A DNA stretch of 64,000 nt from an uncultured Chloroflexia bacterium (GCA_963788375.1 CAWBGT010000027.1:679020-743019), one strand, 5' to 3'; counted from the stretch's first letter, positions 20,285 through 29,953 are shown. Numbers and translations: made by a program. The notes: a model not told the origin generated them from the sequence alone.

Positions 20285-20932
20285 ATGGAGGCCTGGTTCC
20301 TCACGGCGATCTGCGTCGTCAGCCTGGTCGCGTTCGTGCGGAGCTCGGACCTTGTGCGCCGGTTCCTGCCCCGGCGCGATGCCACGGCCGAACCCGGTCG
20401 CTTCGAGCGATTCTGGTCGGGCGTGGACGGTCGGCTCCTGGCCGTCGGCTGGCTGGTGTTGTTCGCGCTCGCCATTGGCGATGCCGGCATGATCTGGAGC
20501 GAGACATGGAAGCCCGTGTTCGATGCGTTCCTCGTGCTCCAGCAGGTCGCCGCCGCCGCGCTCGTCCCGGTGACCGCCGGGCTCTACGTCTACAAGCGGG
20601 CGATCCCGCAGATTGCCCGTGAGGAGGCGGACGAGCGCGAGCGCGCGATCCAGGGCGACGTGTATCGGCGGGCCCACGGGATCGCCATCGGCGGGCTGGC
20701 GATCGGGTGCGCCCTGCTCGTCTTCAACCCGGCGATCGGCATCGGTCTGGCGCTCCACGCGGAGAGCCGTGGCGTCGAGCTCATCGACGTGCTCCTGCCG
20801 ACGTTCCTGCTGCTGTTCATGCTCCCGAGCGTCGCCTACGCCTGGATGAACCCGCAGCGCGACGACACCACGCCCGAGGCGCAGCGTGCGTCGCGCCTGA
20901 CGGGTTGGCTCGACCGAGCCACGGCGAGGTGA
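20285..20932 (+). CDS. Four-TM membrane protein (hypothetical), first gene of an operon with the XRE regulator.
   Basis: GGGGGAGGAG RBS. Hydrophobic segments. The stop overlaps the GTG of the next gene (GTGA). Confidence 0.5.
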   Translation: MEAWFLTAICVVSLVAFVRSSDLVRRFLPRRDATAEPGRFERFWSGVDGRLLAVGWLVLFALAIGDAGMIWSETWKPVFDAFLVLQQVAAAALVPVTAGLYVYKRAIPQIAREEADERERAIQGDVYRRAHGIAIGGLAIGCALLVFNPAIGIGLALHAESRGVELIDVLLPTFLLLFMLPSVAYAWMNPQRDDTTPEAQRASRLTGWLDRATAR

Positions 20933-21171
20933 CCGGCCGCAAGCCTGCGACCGAGGCACCGCTCCCGAACCGGATCGCCGACCTCCGCGAGACAGCGGGC
21001 ATGAGTCGTGTCGAGCTTGCCGAGCGGATCGGGGTCAATCCGCAGACCATCGGCTATCTCGAGCGGGGTGAGTACAACCCGAGTCTGGCGCTTGCCTTCC
21101 GCCTCGCCGAGCTCTTCGAGCTTCCGATCGAGCAGGTGTTCCTCCGGGACGGGGCACCCCACCGGACGTAG
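20929..21171 (+). CDS. XRE-family (Cro/C1-type) HTH transcriptional regulator, about 80 aa.
   Basis: 'RIADLRETAGMSRVELAERIGVNPQTIGYLERGEYNPSLALAFRLAELFELPIEQVF' is a canonical XRE HTH sequence. Confidence 0.7.
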   Translation: MTGRKPATEAPLPNRIADLRETAGMSRVELAERIGVNPQTIGYLERGEYNPSLALAFRLAELFELPIEQVFLRDGAPHRT

Positions 21172-21279
21172 CCAGACTCGCCACCGACCGGCGTCCGACG
21201 GTGCCGGGAAGTCTAGGCCGAGCGCCCTGCGCGGGCCCGTTGGTGTCTCTATGGGGCGGTTGCAGGCGCAATGACCGTG

Positions 21280-21310
21280 GCCGGGCTCCGTTGACAGCCG
21301 GGCTCCGTTA
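21280..21310. repeat. 13-bp direct repeat GCCGGGCTCCGTT x2 (4-bp spacer) abutting the truncated lepB 5' end.
   Basis: Seen directly in the sequence. Confidence 0.6.
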
Positions 21311-21317
21311 GGTCGTC

Positions 21318-21691
21318 GTGTTCCGCCCGCCCCCCGCCTGGACCGACCGGCCCGAGCCATACATCAAGCGCGTCATCGGAGTCGGCGGCGACACCGTCGA
21401 GGTCCGCGACGGCCGGGTCTCCGTGAATGGCATGGTGCTCGACGAACGCTATCTGTTCCGCAACGACGCCGGCGTGATCGAGCCGACCGAGGCCGGTGAC
21501 CAGGCCCGCTGGGTCGTGCCAGACGATGAGCTGTTCGTGATGGGTGACCATCGCCAGGTGTCGGCAGACAGTCGCTGTTCGGTTCGATCCCCGTCTCGTC
21601 CGTGATCGGGCGAGGGGTTGTCCGATACTGGCCACTCCCGGCGTTCGGGATCGCTGAGACTCCGTCCTATGCGAACGTCCCAGTCCCTTGA
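21318..21691 (+). pseudogene. lepB: Signal peptidase I (LepB) remnant. Only the C-terminal half is present, and it also carries a +1 frameshift near 21575.
   Basis: 'YIKRVIGVGGDTVEVRDGRVSVNGMVLDERYL...VPDDELFVMGDHRQVSADSR' corresponds to SPase I boxes D and E. The catalytic Ser/Lys N-terminal half is absent. The shifted frame continues 'LFGSIPVSSVIGRGVVRYWP'. Confidence 0.7.
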
Positions 21692-21990
21692 CGCGCGCCG
21701 GGGCGCTTGAACCAGCGCACAGCGGCCCCTGTCGTCGAGGCGGATCCCATCGCGCCCTTTCGGGGCGGCATCGACAGGTCGTCCCAGGGTCTCCCGCGGA
21801 TCGGCCACGTCCCACGTGACGTAAGGCACCCGTGTGCCACCAGCGCATTCTTTGAGGTACCGGGGGGAATCGCGGTGGGGCAGCCGCCGGATGGCGACAC
21901 GACGACGCGCGCCGAGGATGTGGACATCAGGAGTTGCCGGTCGCAATGGCCCCGAATGACGGGACCGAGCCGGCATCCAAGGAGGATCAG

Positions 21991-22401
21991 ATGTCCGCAG
22001 CCACCCGCACCGCACCCGCCAGCCCAGACATGCGCCGGGCCGGCGCCGCATTGGGTGCCCTCACCCTGGCGGCCGCACTCGTCATCGCCGCGGCGTTCAG
22101 CCAGGCGTCCTCGACGAAGTCCCAGGCCGCTCCCGCCGCCGGGTTGGCGGCGGGAGCTCACGACCACGGCTGGAGCACCGCGAGCTCATCCGACACCCTG
22201 GGCCGCCAGGAGCTCGTCGTCAGCGGCTCGAAGGCCGGTGGTCTCACCTACACGGGTATCCCGTACCCGGCGGCCGGCAGCGGCCAGGAGCTCGTCATCC
22301 GCGGCACCAACGGCGGCGGGCTCAAATTCACGGGCATCCCCAATCCGGCGGCCGGCAGCAGCCGTGCCGGTGGCGCGAACGGGACCCGCTTCGCCCAGTG
22401 A
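21991..22401 (+). CDS. Small secreted or membrane-anchored protein with an internal repeat (GGLxYTGIPxPAAGS).
   Basis: AAGGAGGA RBS. Signal/anchor 'LGALTLAAALVIAAAF'. Repeat 'GGLTYTGIPYPAAGSGQELVIRGTNGGGLKFTGIPNPAAGSS'. Confidence 0.45.
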   Translation: MSAATRTAPASPDMRRAGAALGALTLAAALVIAAAFSQASSTKSQAAPAAGLAAGAHDHGWSTASSSDTLGRQELVVSGSKAGGLTYTGIPYPAAGSGQELVIRGTNGGGLKFTGIPNPAAGSSRAGGANGTRFAQ

Positions 22402-22704
22402 CCAAGCGATCGGCGCCCGAGCGCCGGCGACGCGTCAACTCCAGCGACCACGTGCAGGCGCCGTCCCGGGTCGGGACGGCGCTTCGCCTTTCCCCCGCCG
22501 GCTCTGCCGGCGGTCGTGGGCGCGTCAGCCCGTGCCTGCTCGAAGTCGGTGCCCCGGCCGGCCGGAGGATCCGGGCCAAGGCGGGCACGCCATCGTGCGC
22601 CCCGATCACCCTCGCCCGGCAGGCGGCCAGCTCGCCCGCAGCCAGCCAGGCGCTGGTCTGGGCTGTCCAGGGCACCTGGACAGCCCCGGGTCCAGGGGCC
22701 GCTC

Positions 22705-24105
22705 TCAGGGTTCGACGATGACTCGCGCGTAGTACGGCACGCTGAACCGGTCACCATCCTTCGTGCCGGTGAGGTTCAAGCGCACGCTCCAATCGCCGGC
22801 GTCCGGCACATCGAAGGTGAACCCCTTGGCGGTCCGGCGGATTGCCAATGGCTGGCTTTCCGGGTTCCGGCCGCTGGGCAGCACATGGTCCTGCGCGGCA
22901 AGGGCACCGTTCACGCCATCGATCGTCCAGCCTTCGGTCAGCGACAGCGACACCGTCGATCCCGGCGCCGCGCGCAGCGCGCCGGCCACGGGCTGCCAGG
23001 AAGGCCCGCAGTCGTCGAAGAACCCGCCTCCCACCGCGGGTTGCCAGCCCAGGCCGCAGCCCGCATACGCCGACTGCTTGGACCCGGCACCCTTGCCCGC
23101 AGGCCCCTCGAGGGTCAGTTTCGGTGGGATCCAGGCGACGCCATCGGCGCGCTCCAGATCGCGTGCGATCACCTGGCCAGCCACCAGGGCCGAGCCCGTC
23201 GTCCAGGCGCGGATGTCGAGCCAGGTGTTGTCGGGCACGAACACCTCCGGGCCGAAGTCGGCGCAGGGATACACCGCACGCACCCCATCGATCTCGATCG
23301 TCACCTCACCATCGCCGGCGCACTGGCCGCTGACAAGGATGTCGTCGGTGCCTTCGGGCACGGCCACTCCCGTGTCAACCGGCCTGCTGGCGTCGCTCTC
23401 GAACCGCACCAGCGGTCTCTCGCCGGAGCCGGGCGAGGGCATCACGATTCCTGGCCCGGTGAAGCCTGAGGCATCCGGGGACGCGCCGTCTGCAAAGGGA
23501 TCCGCGATCACGATGCGCCACCGCATCCCCTTGGCGGCGATGACCACGACCTGCGCCTCGGCTGGTGGCGTCGCCGCAAACGGGTCGATCTGGGATGTGG
23601 AGGGGCCCTGCGCGGAGCAGGCGATGTGGTGGGTCCCCACCTCGGCGCCGTCGGCGCGCAGCATGACGATCAGGTCGCCACCCAGGCAGGAGGTGGACAG
23701 CTTCACCGACGGCGTGACCAGGACCGAACCCAGGTCAGTCTCAACGGCCTCGGCCGCGTCGCCGGGCGTCTCGCCCTCACCCTGGAGGGTCGCCGAGTCG
23801 ACCGGGCCGATCGCGGCGAGGAGGTCCTCATACGATGCCAGCGGGCGCTCTGACGGAGGTGATGACGGAGATCCACCGACCTCGATCGACTGGCTCGCCC
23901 GCCAGGCCCCGCCGACGATCACGAGAATGGCCAGCACCGCCGCCAGGCCCACGAGTGATGCCGGCAAGGCAAGACGCCTGCCCCCGCGCCGGCGCCTGGC
24001 CCGTTCGATGTCGTCCCAGCGGACGAGCAGCGGCAGCTGGCCGGCCTCGGCATGGAGGGCATCCCGTAGCCGTGCCTCCAGCCGCGGATCGAGCTCGTCA
24101 GCCAT
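22705..24105 (-). CDS. Anti-sigma factor-like membrane protein (short cytoplasmic N-terminus, one TM, large extracytoplasmic domain).
   Basis: It lies immediately downstream of, and overlapping, the ECF sigma gene. 'LALPASLVGLAAVLAILVIVGGAW' is the TM helix. GGGAGG RBS. Confidence 0.5.
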   Translation of the reverse strand: MADELDPRLEARLRDALHAEAGQLPLLVRWDDIERARRRRGGRRLALPASLVGLAAVLAILVIVGGAWRASQSIEVGGSPSSPPSERPLASYEDLLAAIGPVDSATLQGEGETPGDAAEAVETDLGSVLVTPSVKLSTSCLGGDLIVMLRADGAEVGTHHIACSAQGPSTSQIDPFAATPPAEAQVVVIAAKGMRWRIVIADPFADGASPDASGFTGPGIVMPSPGSGERPLVRFESDASRPVDTGVAVPEGTDDILVSGQCAGDGEVTIEIDGVRAVYPCADFGPEVFVPDNTWLDIRAWTTGSALVAGQVIARDLERADGVAWIPPKLTLEGPAGKGAGSKQSAYAGCGLGWQPAVGGGFFDDCGPSWQPVAGALRAAPGSTVSLSLTEGWTIDGVNGALAAQDHVLPSGRNPESQPLAIRRTAKGFTFDVPDAGDWSVRLNLTGTKDGDRFSVPYYARVIVEP

Positions 24106-24630
24106 GGGAGGCCTCCCGCGTCTCGCCGGCATCGCCGTTCCCGCCCATCGCCCGGCGCATGTGCGCCAGCGCCTCGCGGAGCTGGGTCTTCACGGTGTTC
24201 TCGCTGATCCCAAGCGCCTCGGCCACGTCACGTACTGACAGGTCAGCGTAGTAGCGCAGTACCACGGCAGCACGCATGCGCGGCGCGAGCCGGTCCACGC
24301 AGGACAGCAGGGTGAGGCGCTCGTCCTCGTCGGTCGGGCGCCCGGACGGTCCGGTACCACGCGGAGCTGGACGACGCGGGACGATGATCGCCGCACGCCG
24401 AGTGCCCGGTTGGTCGCGATGCGCAGGAGCCACGCCCGCAGCTTCTCCGGTTCCCGGAGCTGGTCGCCGCGATCGAGCGCGGTCAGCAAGGTGTCCACCA
24501 CCACGTCCTCCGCCGCCGCCCGATCCCGGAGGATCAGGTAGGCCACGCCCTGGATCTCGCGTCCGTACCGTGCCAGGAGGTCGTCGAGGACCTCGGGGCG
24601 GTGCTTGCGCAGGGCTTCCACGGTCATTGC
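24100..24630 (-). CDS. ECF (sigma-70 family) sigma factor with an apparent frameshift between region 2 and region 4 (~24330-24370).
   Basis: Region 2: 'DVVVDTLLTALDRG...LLRIATNRALGVRR' (frame of ORF 24190..24675). Region 4: 'ERLTLLSCVDRLAPRMRAAVVLRYYADLSVRDVAEALGISENTVKTQLREAL' (frame of ORF 24098..25066). Confidence 0.6.
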
Positions 24631-24797
24631 GTGCTGTTCCCCAGCAGGATCGGCGGCATTGGGCGACCGCCTCACAGGGTAGATGCACGGGCGCGACGAA
24701 TTGGGTGACCCGCGCCACCGCTACGATCCATCGCATGGCAACTGACGTCTCGACCGGCGCGTGAACCCGCGGACAGTGGCCCCAATCGTCGAGACGG

Positions 24798-25556
24798 ATG
24801 CCGTCGCGCACCTGCCTGGCGGCGTGCGTCCGGTACACGCTGCGCCAGTCACCGAGGGCGACGCGCCTGCGCGTGACCATCCACCCGGCGCGCGGGGTCG
24901 TCGTCACCGTGCCCGAGGCCGCCCGTCGTGGCTGGCGGCGTCCGGAGTCCCAGGTCCACGCGTTCCTGACGGATCGCGAGCCGTGGATCCGCCGCCACCT
25001 CGCCCGCCAGGCCGCGACGAGAGACCGGCTCGAGGGACGCGCACCGCTCGACGCCGGCAGGGTCATCCCGTACCGGGGGGCGCCTCATGTCGTGCGCGTC
25101 GTCCTGGCCCCGCCCAGTACGCGGTCCAGCCGGATATCGCGCGTGGGCGGCGACGATGGCGACGAGCTGCTGGTGGAGCGCACGTTCCGCGACCGGCGTC
25201 CGACGGCCGTGATCCTGGAGGCCTGGCTGCGTGAACGGGCACGCGCCGACCTCGCCCTCGCGATCGAGCGCCATGCACCCGCATTGGCCGTGACGCCCGC
25301 GAGCATCACCATCCGCGACACCACCACGCGCTGGGGCAGCTGTTCCCGCAAGGGCGCGCTGTCCTTCTCATGGCGCCTCGTTCTGGCGCCGCCCGAAGCC
25401 CTGGAGGCCGTCGCCGCGCACGAGCTGTGCCATCTGCGGGTCTTCGGCCACAGCGAGCGGTTCTGGGCGCTCCTCGCGACGCGCGTCCCGGACCACGCGG
25501 AGTGGCGCCGCTGGCTTCGTCGCCACGCCCCGGAGTTCCACGGCGCCCTCGACTGA
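24798..25556 (+). CDS. M48-family / DUF45 (YgjP-like) metal-dependent hydrolase.
   Basis: 'WGSCSRKGALSFSWRLVLAPPEALEAVAAHELCHLRVFGHSERFWALL' contains the HExxH-like motif typical of YgjP/SprT-like proteins. Confidence 0.7.
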   Translation: MPSRTCLAACVRYTLRQSPRATRLRVTIHPARGVVVTVPEAARRGWRRPESQVHAFLTDREPWIRRHLARQAATRDRLEGRAPLDAGRVIPYRGAPHVVRVVLAPPSTRSSRISRVGGDDGDELLVERTFRDRRPTAVILEAWLRERARADLALAIERHAPALAVTPASITIRDTTTRWGSCSRKGALSFSWRLVLAPPEALEAVAAHELCHLRVFGHSERFWALLATRVPDHAEWRRWLRRHAPEFHGALD

Positions 25557-25650
25557 AATCGAGGGCCCCGGGAGGGAACCATTTCGGGCGGCTCGCGCGT
25601 CACAGGGGCGCACACAACGCAGCTGCCCACATTGATCCATTCGAGGTTCC

Positions 25651-26307
25651 ATGGCCCCGCGCTTGTTCCTGATCATCGCCACCGCCGCGCTTGTCGCCGC
25701 AGGCTGTGGCAGCGCAACCGGCTCGCCTGTTCCGCCGGCGTCGTCCGCCCCGAGCGTGCCGGTTCCCACCCTGACGCCGGTCCCCGTGCCGTCCCTGCCG
25801 GCCGTCGAGGGCCCGAAGGCTTCGCCCGTGATGGGCGACGTGGATGGAGCCGCCAAGGGCCCGCAACTGACCATCGAGACCGTCGATGCGTCCACCATTC
25901 AGGCCACCATCCAGGACCCTGGGGCCAAGGCCTGGCGCCTGGTGGTCTCGGGCACGGGTGAGCAGGGCGGGGACCGCTGGGAGATCGTCGTGGAGACCGG
26001 CGACGTGGCCCCGGACATCACGGCCACCGAGGTCCGCGACGGCCAGGTCGTGGACGTGATGGACCTGTCGGGCTTCTACGACGGGACCGCGGTGGCGGGC
26101 GGCTGCCACTCCTCGTTGCCCGTGTGCCTGGACTCGGCCGGGTTCGTGCTCCCGCACGACGGCAACGGCCTGTTCTCGGCCCGGCTGGAGCTGCCCGAGG
26201 CGCAGGTGCCGCTCGTGATCCGCGGCGGAACCGCCGGGTGGGAGTCGGAGCCATTCATCCTGGGGCCGTGGCACGACACCGACCCGTTCCCGTGGGGCGA
26301 GGGCTGA
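25651..26307 (+). CDS. Lipoprotein (hypothetical).
   Basis: Signal peptide with lipobox 'LVAAGC', followed by a Pro/Ser/Thr linker. Confidence 0.5.
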   Translation: MAPRLFLIIATAALVAAGCGSATGSPVPPASSAPSVPVPTLTPVPVPSLPAVEGPKASPVMGDVDGAAKGPQLTIETVDASTIQATIQDPGAKAWRLVVSGTGEQGGDRWEIVVETGDVAPDITATEVRDGQVVDVMDLSGFYDGTAVAGGCHSSLPVCLDSAGFVLPHDGNGLFSARLELPEAQVPLVIRGGTAGWESEPFILGPWHDTDPFPWGEG

Positions 26308-26383
26308 GGGCCCGAACCCGTCGGCACCTCCCGGACACGACGACGCCCGTCGCAAGCGCGACGGGCGTTTCGATTGGCGTTGT

Positions 26384-26468
26384 TGGTGGGCCGGGGCGGA
26401 ATCGAACCGCCAAAGTCGAAGACGAGGGTTTTACAGACCCTTGGGCTCACCACCTGCCCGACCGACCC
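26384..26468 (-). tRNA. tRNA-Tyr (anticodon GTA), type II with a long variable arm, CCA encoded.
   Basis: Hand-folded: acceptor GGGTCGG/CCGGCCC, anticodon loop CTGTAAA, variable arm CGTCTTCGACTTT, T-loop TTCGATT. Confidence 0.85.
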
Positions 26469-26472
26469 ACGA

Positions 26473-26548
26473 TGGTGGAGATGAGGGGACTCGAACCCCT
26501 GGCCTCCGCGATGCGAACGCGGCGCTCTTCCAGCTGAGCTACATCCCC
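26473..26548 (-). tRNA. tRNA-Ala (anticodon CGC), CCA encoded.
   Basis: Hand-folded: acceptor GGGGAUG with G3:U70, anticodon loop TTCGCAT, T-loop TTCGAGT. It is 4 nt from tRNA-Tyr. Confidence 0.9.
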
Positions 26549-26640
26549 ACGGAGCCACACCCGACGGATCGGGTTGACGGCCGGGAAGTGTAGCACGCGA
26601 CACCCCTCCCTCCGGCTCGGCGGGTGGCTAGACTCGCGCG

Positions 26641-27540
26641 ATGCCCACCGGTCTTGCGCTCGGCCTGTTCGCCTCGTTCGCGTGGGGAATTGTGGACGTG
26701 ACCGCCGCCGTCTCCACCCGGCTGATCGGGAGCCTGCGGGTGCTGGTGGGGGCACAGCTGGTGAGCCTCGCCGCGCTCGCGCTGATCGCCTTCGCCCAAC
26801 CGGAGCTCCTCGGCGCGGCACCCATCGAGGGCATCGTGGCTGGGTTCCCGCTCGGCATCCTGGCGGCCGCTGCCTATCTCGCCTACTTCACGGCGCTGCG
26901 GATCGGCCCGGTGAGCATCGTCAGCCCGGTGATCATGGCCTACGGCGGCGCAACGGTGATCCTGGCGGTGCTGGTGCGGGGCGAGACGCTGTCGACGCAG
27001 CAGGCTGCCGGAGCCATCCTGGCCACGGCGGGCGTGGTGCTGGCGGGCGTGACCTTCGAGGCAGGTGCGCTGCGGGGGATGCGGGTCGTGGGGCCGGGCG
27101 TGGTCGCGGCGGTGCTGACGCTGGTCGGGTTCGCGGTGCTGACGGTGGGCCTCGCGTCACCTATCCGGGATCACGGCTGGCTGCCGGTGGTGATCGGCTC
27201 GCGGATCGGGAACAACGTCGGTTCGCTGGCGCTGCTGGCCGTGGCCCTGGTGTCGGGTTCGAGGCGGTTCCAGCCGCTCCTGGAGCCGTCGGGCGGGTGG
27301 TCGCGCACCGCGCTGGCGCTGGTCGTGGCCTGCGGTGCATTCGATATCGCGGCCTTCGTGGCCTACGCGATCGGGCTGAGCATCGCGCCGGTGTGGCTGG
27401 TTGGGCTGTCGAGCTCGTTCGGGCCGGTCCTTGCGGTGGCCTACGCGGTGACACGGCTGGGCGAGCGTCCGCACCGGACGCAGTGGGCCGGTCTCGCGCT
27501 GATCGGCGCGGGCGTCGTGGTCCTTGCCGTGGCCTGGTAG
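26641..27540 (+). CDS. EamA/DMT-family transporter (10 TM).
   Basis: Two EamA-like halves. Hydrophobic profile of the ORF 26641..27540 translation. Confidence 0.75.
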   Translation: MPTGLALGLFASFAWGIVDVTAAVSTRLIGSLRVLVGAQLVSLAALALIAFAQPELLGAAPIEGIVAGFPLGILAAAAYLAYFTALRIGPVSIVSPVIMAYGGATVILAVLVRGETLSTQQAAGAILATAGVVLAGVTFEAGALRGMRVVGPGVVAAVLTLVGFAVLTVGLASPIRDHGWLPVVIGSRIGNNVGSLALLAVALVSGSRRFQPLLEPSGGWSRTALALVVACGAFDIAAFVAYAIGLSIAPVWLVGLSSSFGPVLAVAYAVTRLGERPHRTQWAGLALIGAGVVVLAVAW

Positions 27541-27589
27541 CGGCGGACCCGGCGCAGCAGATGATGGGCCCGCGGCCACCATTTCGACC

Positions 27590-27617
27590 TTGACGGATAG
27601 AACAGACGTTCTATTAT
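27590..27617 (+). promoter_or_regulatory. SOS promoter with a LexA box (GATAGAAC-AGAC-GTTCTATT) between a -35 TTGACG and a -10 TATTAT, 11 nt upstream of the imuA' ATG (likely leaderless or short-leader mRNA).
   Basis: GAAC-N4-GTTC palindrome of the Gram-positive/actinobacterial LexA type. Nearly identical to the box upstream of dnaE2. Confidence 0.7.
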
Positions 27618-27627
27618 TGGACGTCCG

Positions 27628-28914
27628 ATGGCTCGCACATCCGACGTCTCCGAGGCTCTCGCAACGCTCCAGGCTCGCTGGGGAGCGGCTGCTCCACGAC
27701 GTGGCGGCGACATGGGGCTCGTGGTCGAGGGCGCGCTGGCCAGGGCGCCGATGCCGGAGCCGGACTCGGAGTCGGATCGGGCCCCGGATCCGCTTGCGCC
27801 AACGCCACTCATGCCGGCCATCCGGCACCGTCCGGGGGTACCGGTCCCGGACGCGGACGGACGGATCGTTTCCACGGGGTTCGCGGAGCTGGACGCCATC
27901 CTGGGCATGGGCGGGCTGCCGCGCTCGGCCACGGTCGCGCTGCGTGGGGACGCGTCGTCGGGCAGGACCACGGTCGCGCTGCGGGTGGCGGCGGAGGCGC
28001 AGGCCGGCGGGGCGATCGTCGCGTGGCTGGACCTGGCCCGCGCCTTCGACCCCGTGGAGGCCGTCGCGCGTGGCATCCGGCCGGAGTGGCTGGTGGTGCT
28101 GACGCCCGTGGACCTGGAGGAGGCGCTCGCCATGGCGGGAGCCCTGCTGGCCGCCCGGACCGTGGACCTGCTGGTGATGGACCTGCCGGACGGCCGTGCC
28201 CCGGCGCTCGCCGGGAAGCGGGTGGGGGACCGGCTGAACCGGCTTGCCGCGCTGGCGAGACGGGCCGGGACGCTGCTCGTCGTCCTGGAGCCCGCGTCCC
28301 TCGGGCGGGGCCTGGCGGCCGCCGTGGAGGCGGCGAGCGGCCTGCGCCTGGAGCTTCGCCGGTCGGGCTGGATCCGCCTGGGCCGGGACGTCGTCGGGCA
28401 GCGAAGCGCCGTGGAGGTGGCCCGCAACCGGTACGGCCCGCCCGGCCGCCGCACCGTCCTCGAGATCCTGTACGCGGAGGGCGGTCCACGGGATGCATGC
28501 CTGCTCCGCCCGGAGCTGCTGGCCGGGCTTGCCGCCCCGGTCGCGCCTCCGGGGACAAGGACTGCGGCTGGCCCGCCGGCAACCGCCGTGCCACCGGCAC
28601 TCACCGATCTGAAAGGCCCCCCGGCATCGATCGATACCCATGCGCCTGCTGCACCTGCTCTGGCCACACCTGCCCCTGCTCCTGGCGAGGACACGGATGG
28701 AGGCACCGACCCCGGGGAGCCACGGCTCCTTGTCGGACGGCACCTCCGGCTCGTGGCCGCCCGGCCCGATCGTCCTCGGCGGCCAACCCTGGATGGACGG
28801 GACCGTGGTGGACGCGGATCCCCTCGCCCGGGCCCTCGGCGTGCGCCGGGGGATCCCGCTCGGGAGCGCCCACCGGCTCGCGCCCGAGGCGACCTTCCTG
28901 GACCTCGCGCCTGA
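27628..28914 (+). CDS. imuA: ImuA' (RecA-fold SOS mutasome accessory protein) with a low-complexity C-terminal tail.
   Basis: RecA/KaiC-like core 'STGFAELDAILGMGGLPRSATVALRGDASSGRTTVALRVAAEAQAGGAIVAWLD'. LexA box upstream. imuB and dnaE2 downstream. Confidence 0.65.
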   Translation: MARTSDVSEALATLQARWGAAAPRRGGDMGLVVEGALARAPMPEPDSESDRAPDPLAPTPLMPAIRHRPGVPVPDADGRIVSTGFAELDAILGMGGLPRSATVALRGDASSGRTTVALRVAAEAQAGGAIVAWLDLARAFDPVEAVARGIRPEWLVVLTPVDLEEALAMAGALLAARTVDLLVMDLPDGRAPALAGKRVGDRLNRLAALARRAGTLLVVLEPASLGRGLAAAVEAASGLRLELRRSGWIRLGRDVVGQRSAVEVARNRYGPPGRRTVLEILYAEGGPRDACLLRPELLAGLAAPVAPPGTRTAAGPPATAVPPALTDLKGPPASIDTHAPAAPALATPAPAPGEDTDGGTDPGEPRLLVGRHLRLVAARPDRPRRPTLDGRDRGGRGSPRPGPRRAPGDPARERPPARARGDLPGPRA

Positions 28915-29953
28915 CGCGGACCGGGACGCGGTCGAAGCCGCCTGCGAGCGGCTTGCCACGTTCAGTCCCGGGATTGCCGGCACGAGCGACGTCACGGATC
29001 CCTCGTTCGGTCGGATCGCCGTCCACGTCGACGGCCTGACGCGCCTGTGGGGCGTGGAGGAGACGCTGGTCGCGCGGATGACGGCGGCGCTTGCCCCGGT
29101 CCTCCCGGGCCGGCCCCGTGCCGGCATCGCTGGGACAGCCTTCGCCGCCTCCGTGGCCGCCGCGCACGCGCAGGAGGGCGGCCCCCCGCTCCTGGTCCCG
29201 CCCGGCGACGACGACCGGTTCCTCGCACCCTACCCGGCGGGGCTGCTCACGCGGGACCCGGACGTGCGGGCGCGACTCGCCCGCTTCGGGCTCCGGTCGA
29301 TCGGGGCCGTGGCGGAGCTCTCGCGCTCCGCGCTGGTGGCGCGCTTCGGCGAGGAGGGAGCGAGGATCCACGCGCATGCCCGCGGGGAGGAGACGGAGCG
29401 GTTCCAGCCGCGCAGGGCCCCGGAGCGGATGGTCCTCGGCCTCTCGCTGGAGCCGTCGGCAGAGGGCCTCGAGGCGGTCCGGTTCGTGCTCCGCCGGCTC
29501 GCGGCGGCATTGGCGGAGCAGCTCGCGACGCGCGGGCGCGCGGCGGGGCTGGCGCGACTCGTCGTCACCCACGACCTGGCCTTCGCGCGTCGCGGGACGC
29601 CGCCGGAGCTCCGCCTCGAGCAGCGGTTCCCGGAGCCAACGGCGGATGCCGAGGCCATCGAGCGCCTCCTCGTCGCCCGTCTCGAGCAGATCCCGCCGCC
29701 GGCCGCCGTGGCGCGTCTCGAGCTGGAGCTGGCGCTGGTGGAGCCTGCCCGGGGCCAGCAGCTCCCGCTGTTCACCCCGCAGGCGGCACGGGACGCACGT
29801 CTCGGCTGGCAGCTGGCGCGCCTGGCGATCGCGTTCGGGTCGGACCGGGTGCGGAGGGTGGAGCTGGCCGACACCGAGGCCCCGCTCGCCGAGGCCCGCT
29901 GGCGCTGGCATGCCGTTGCCGGGGCGGCGGTGGTGGGCGAGGAACGGCGATGA
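28640..29953 (+). CDS. imuB: ImuB, a catalytically inactive Y-family polymerase paralog of the SOS mutasome.
   Basis: DinB-like fold regions ('IAVHVDGLTRLWGVEETLVARM...', 'FGLRSIGAVAELSRSALVARFG'). Position between imuA' and dnaE2. Start is uncertain and overlaps the imuA' 3' tail. Confidence 0.75.
   Translation: MRLLHLLWPHLPLLLARTRMEAPTPGSHGSLSDGTSGSWPPGPIVLGGQPWMDGTVVDADPLARALGVRRGIPLGSAHRLAPEATFLDLAPDADRDAVEAACERLATFSPGIAGTSDVTDPSFGRIAVHVDGLTRLWGVEETLVARMTAALAPVLPGRPRAGIAGTAFAASVAAAHAQEGGPPLLVPPGDDDRFLAPYPAGLLTRDPDVRARLARFGLRSIGAVAELSRSALVARFGEEGARIHAHARGEETERFQPRRAPERMVLGLSLEPSAEGLEAVRFVLRRLAAALAEQLATRGRAAGLARLVVTHDLAFARRGTPPELRLEQRFPEPTADAEAIERLLVARLEQIPPPAAVARLELELALVEPARGQQLPLFTPQAARDARLGWQLARLAIAFGSDRVRRVELADTEAPLAEARWRWHAVAGAAVVGEERR

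Noticed and set aside
19572-21700. Integrated mobile element with an integrase or transposase.
   Set aside because: No integrase, transposase, recombinase or phage structural gene could be recognised anywhere in the window. Only remnant features (direct repeat, truncated lepB, XRE) are present, so the call is 'island remnant' and not 'mobile element'.
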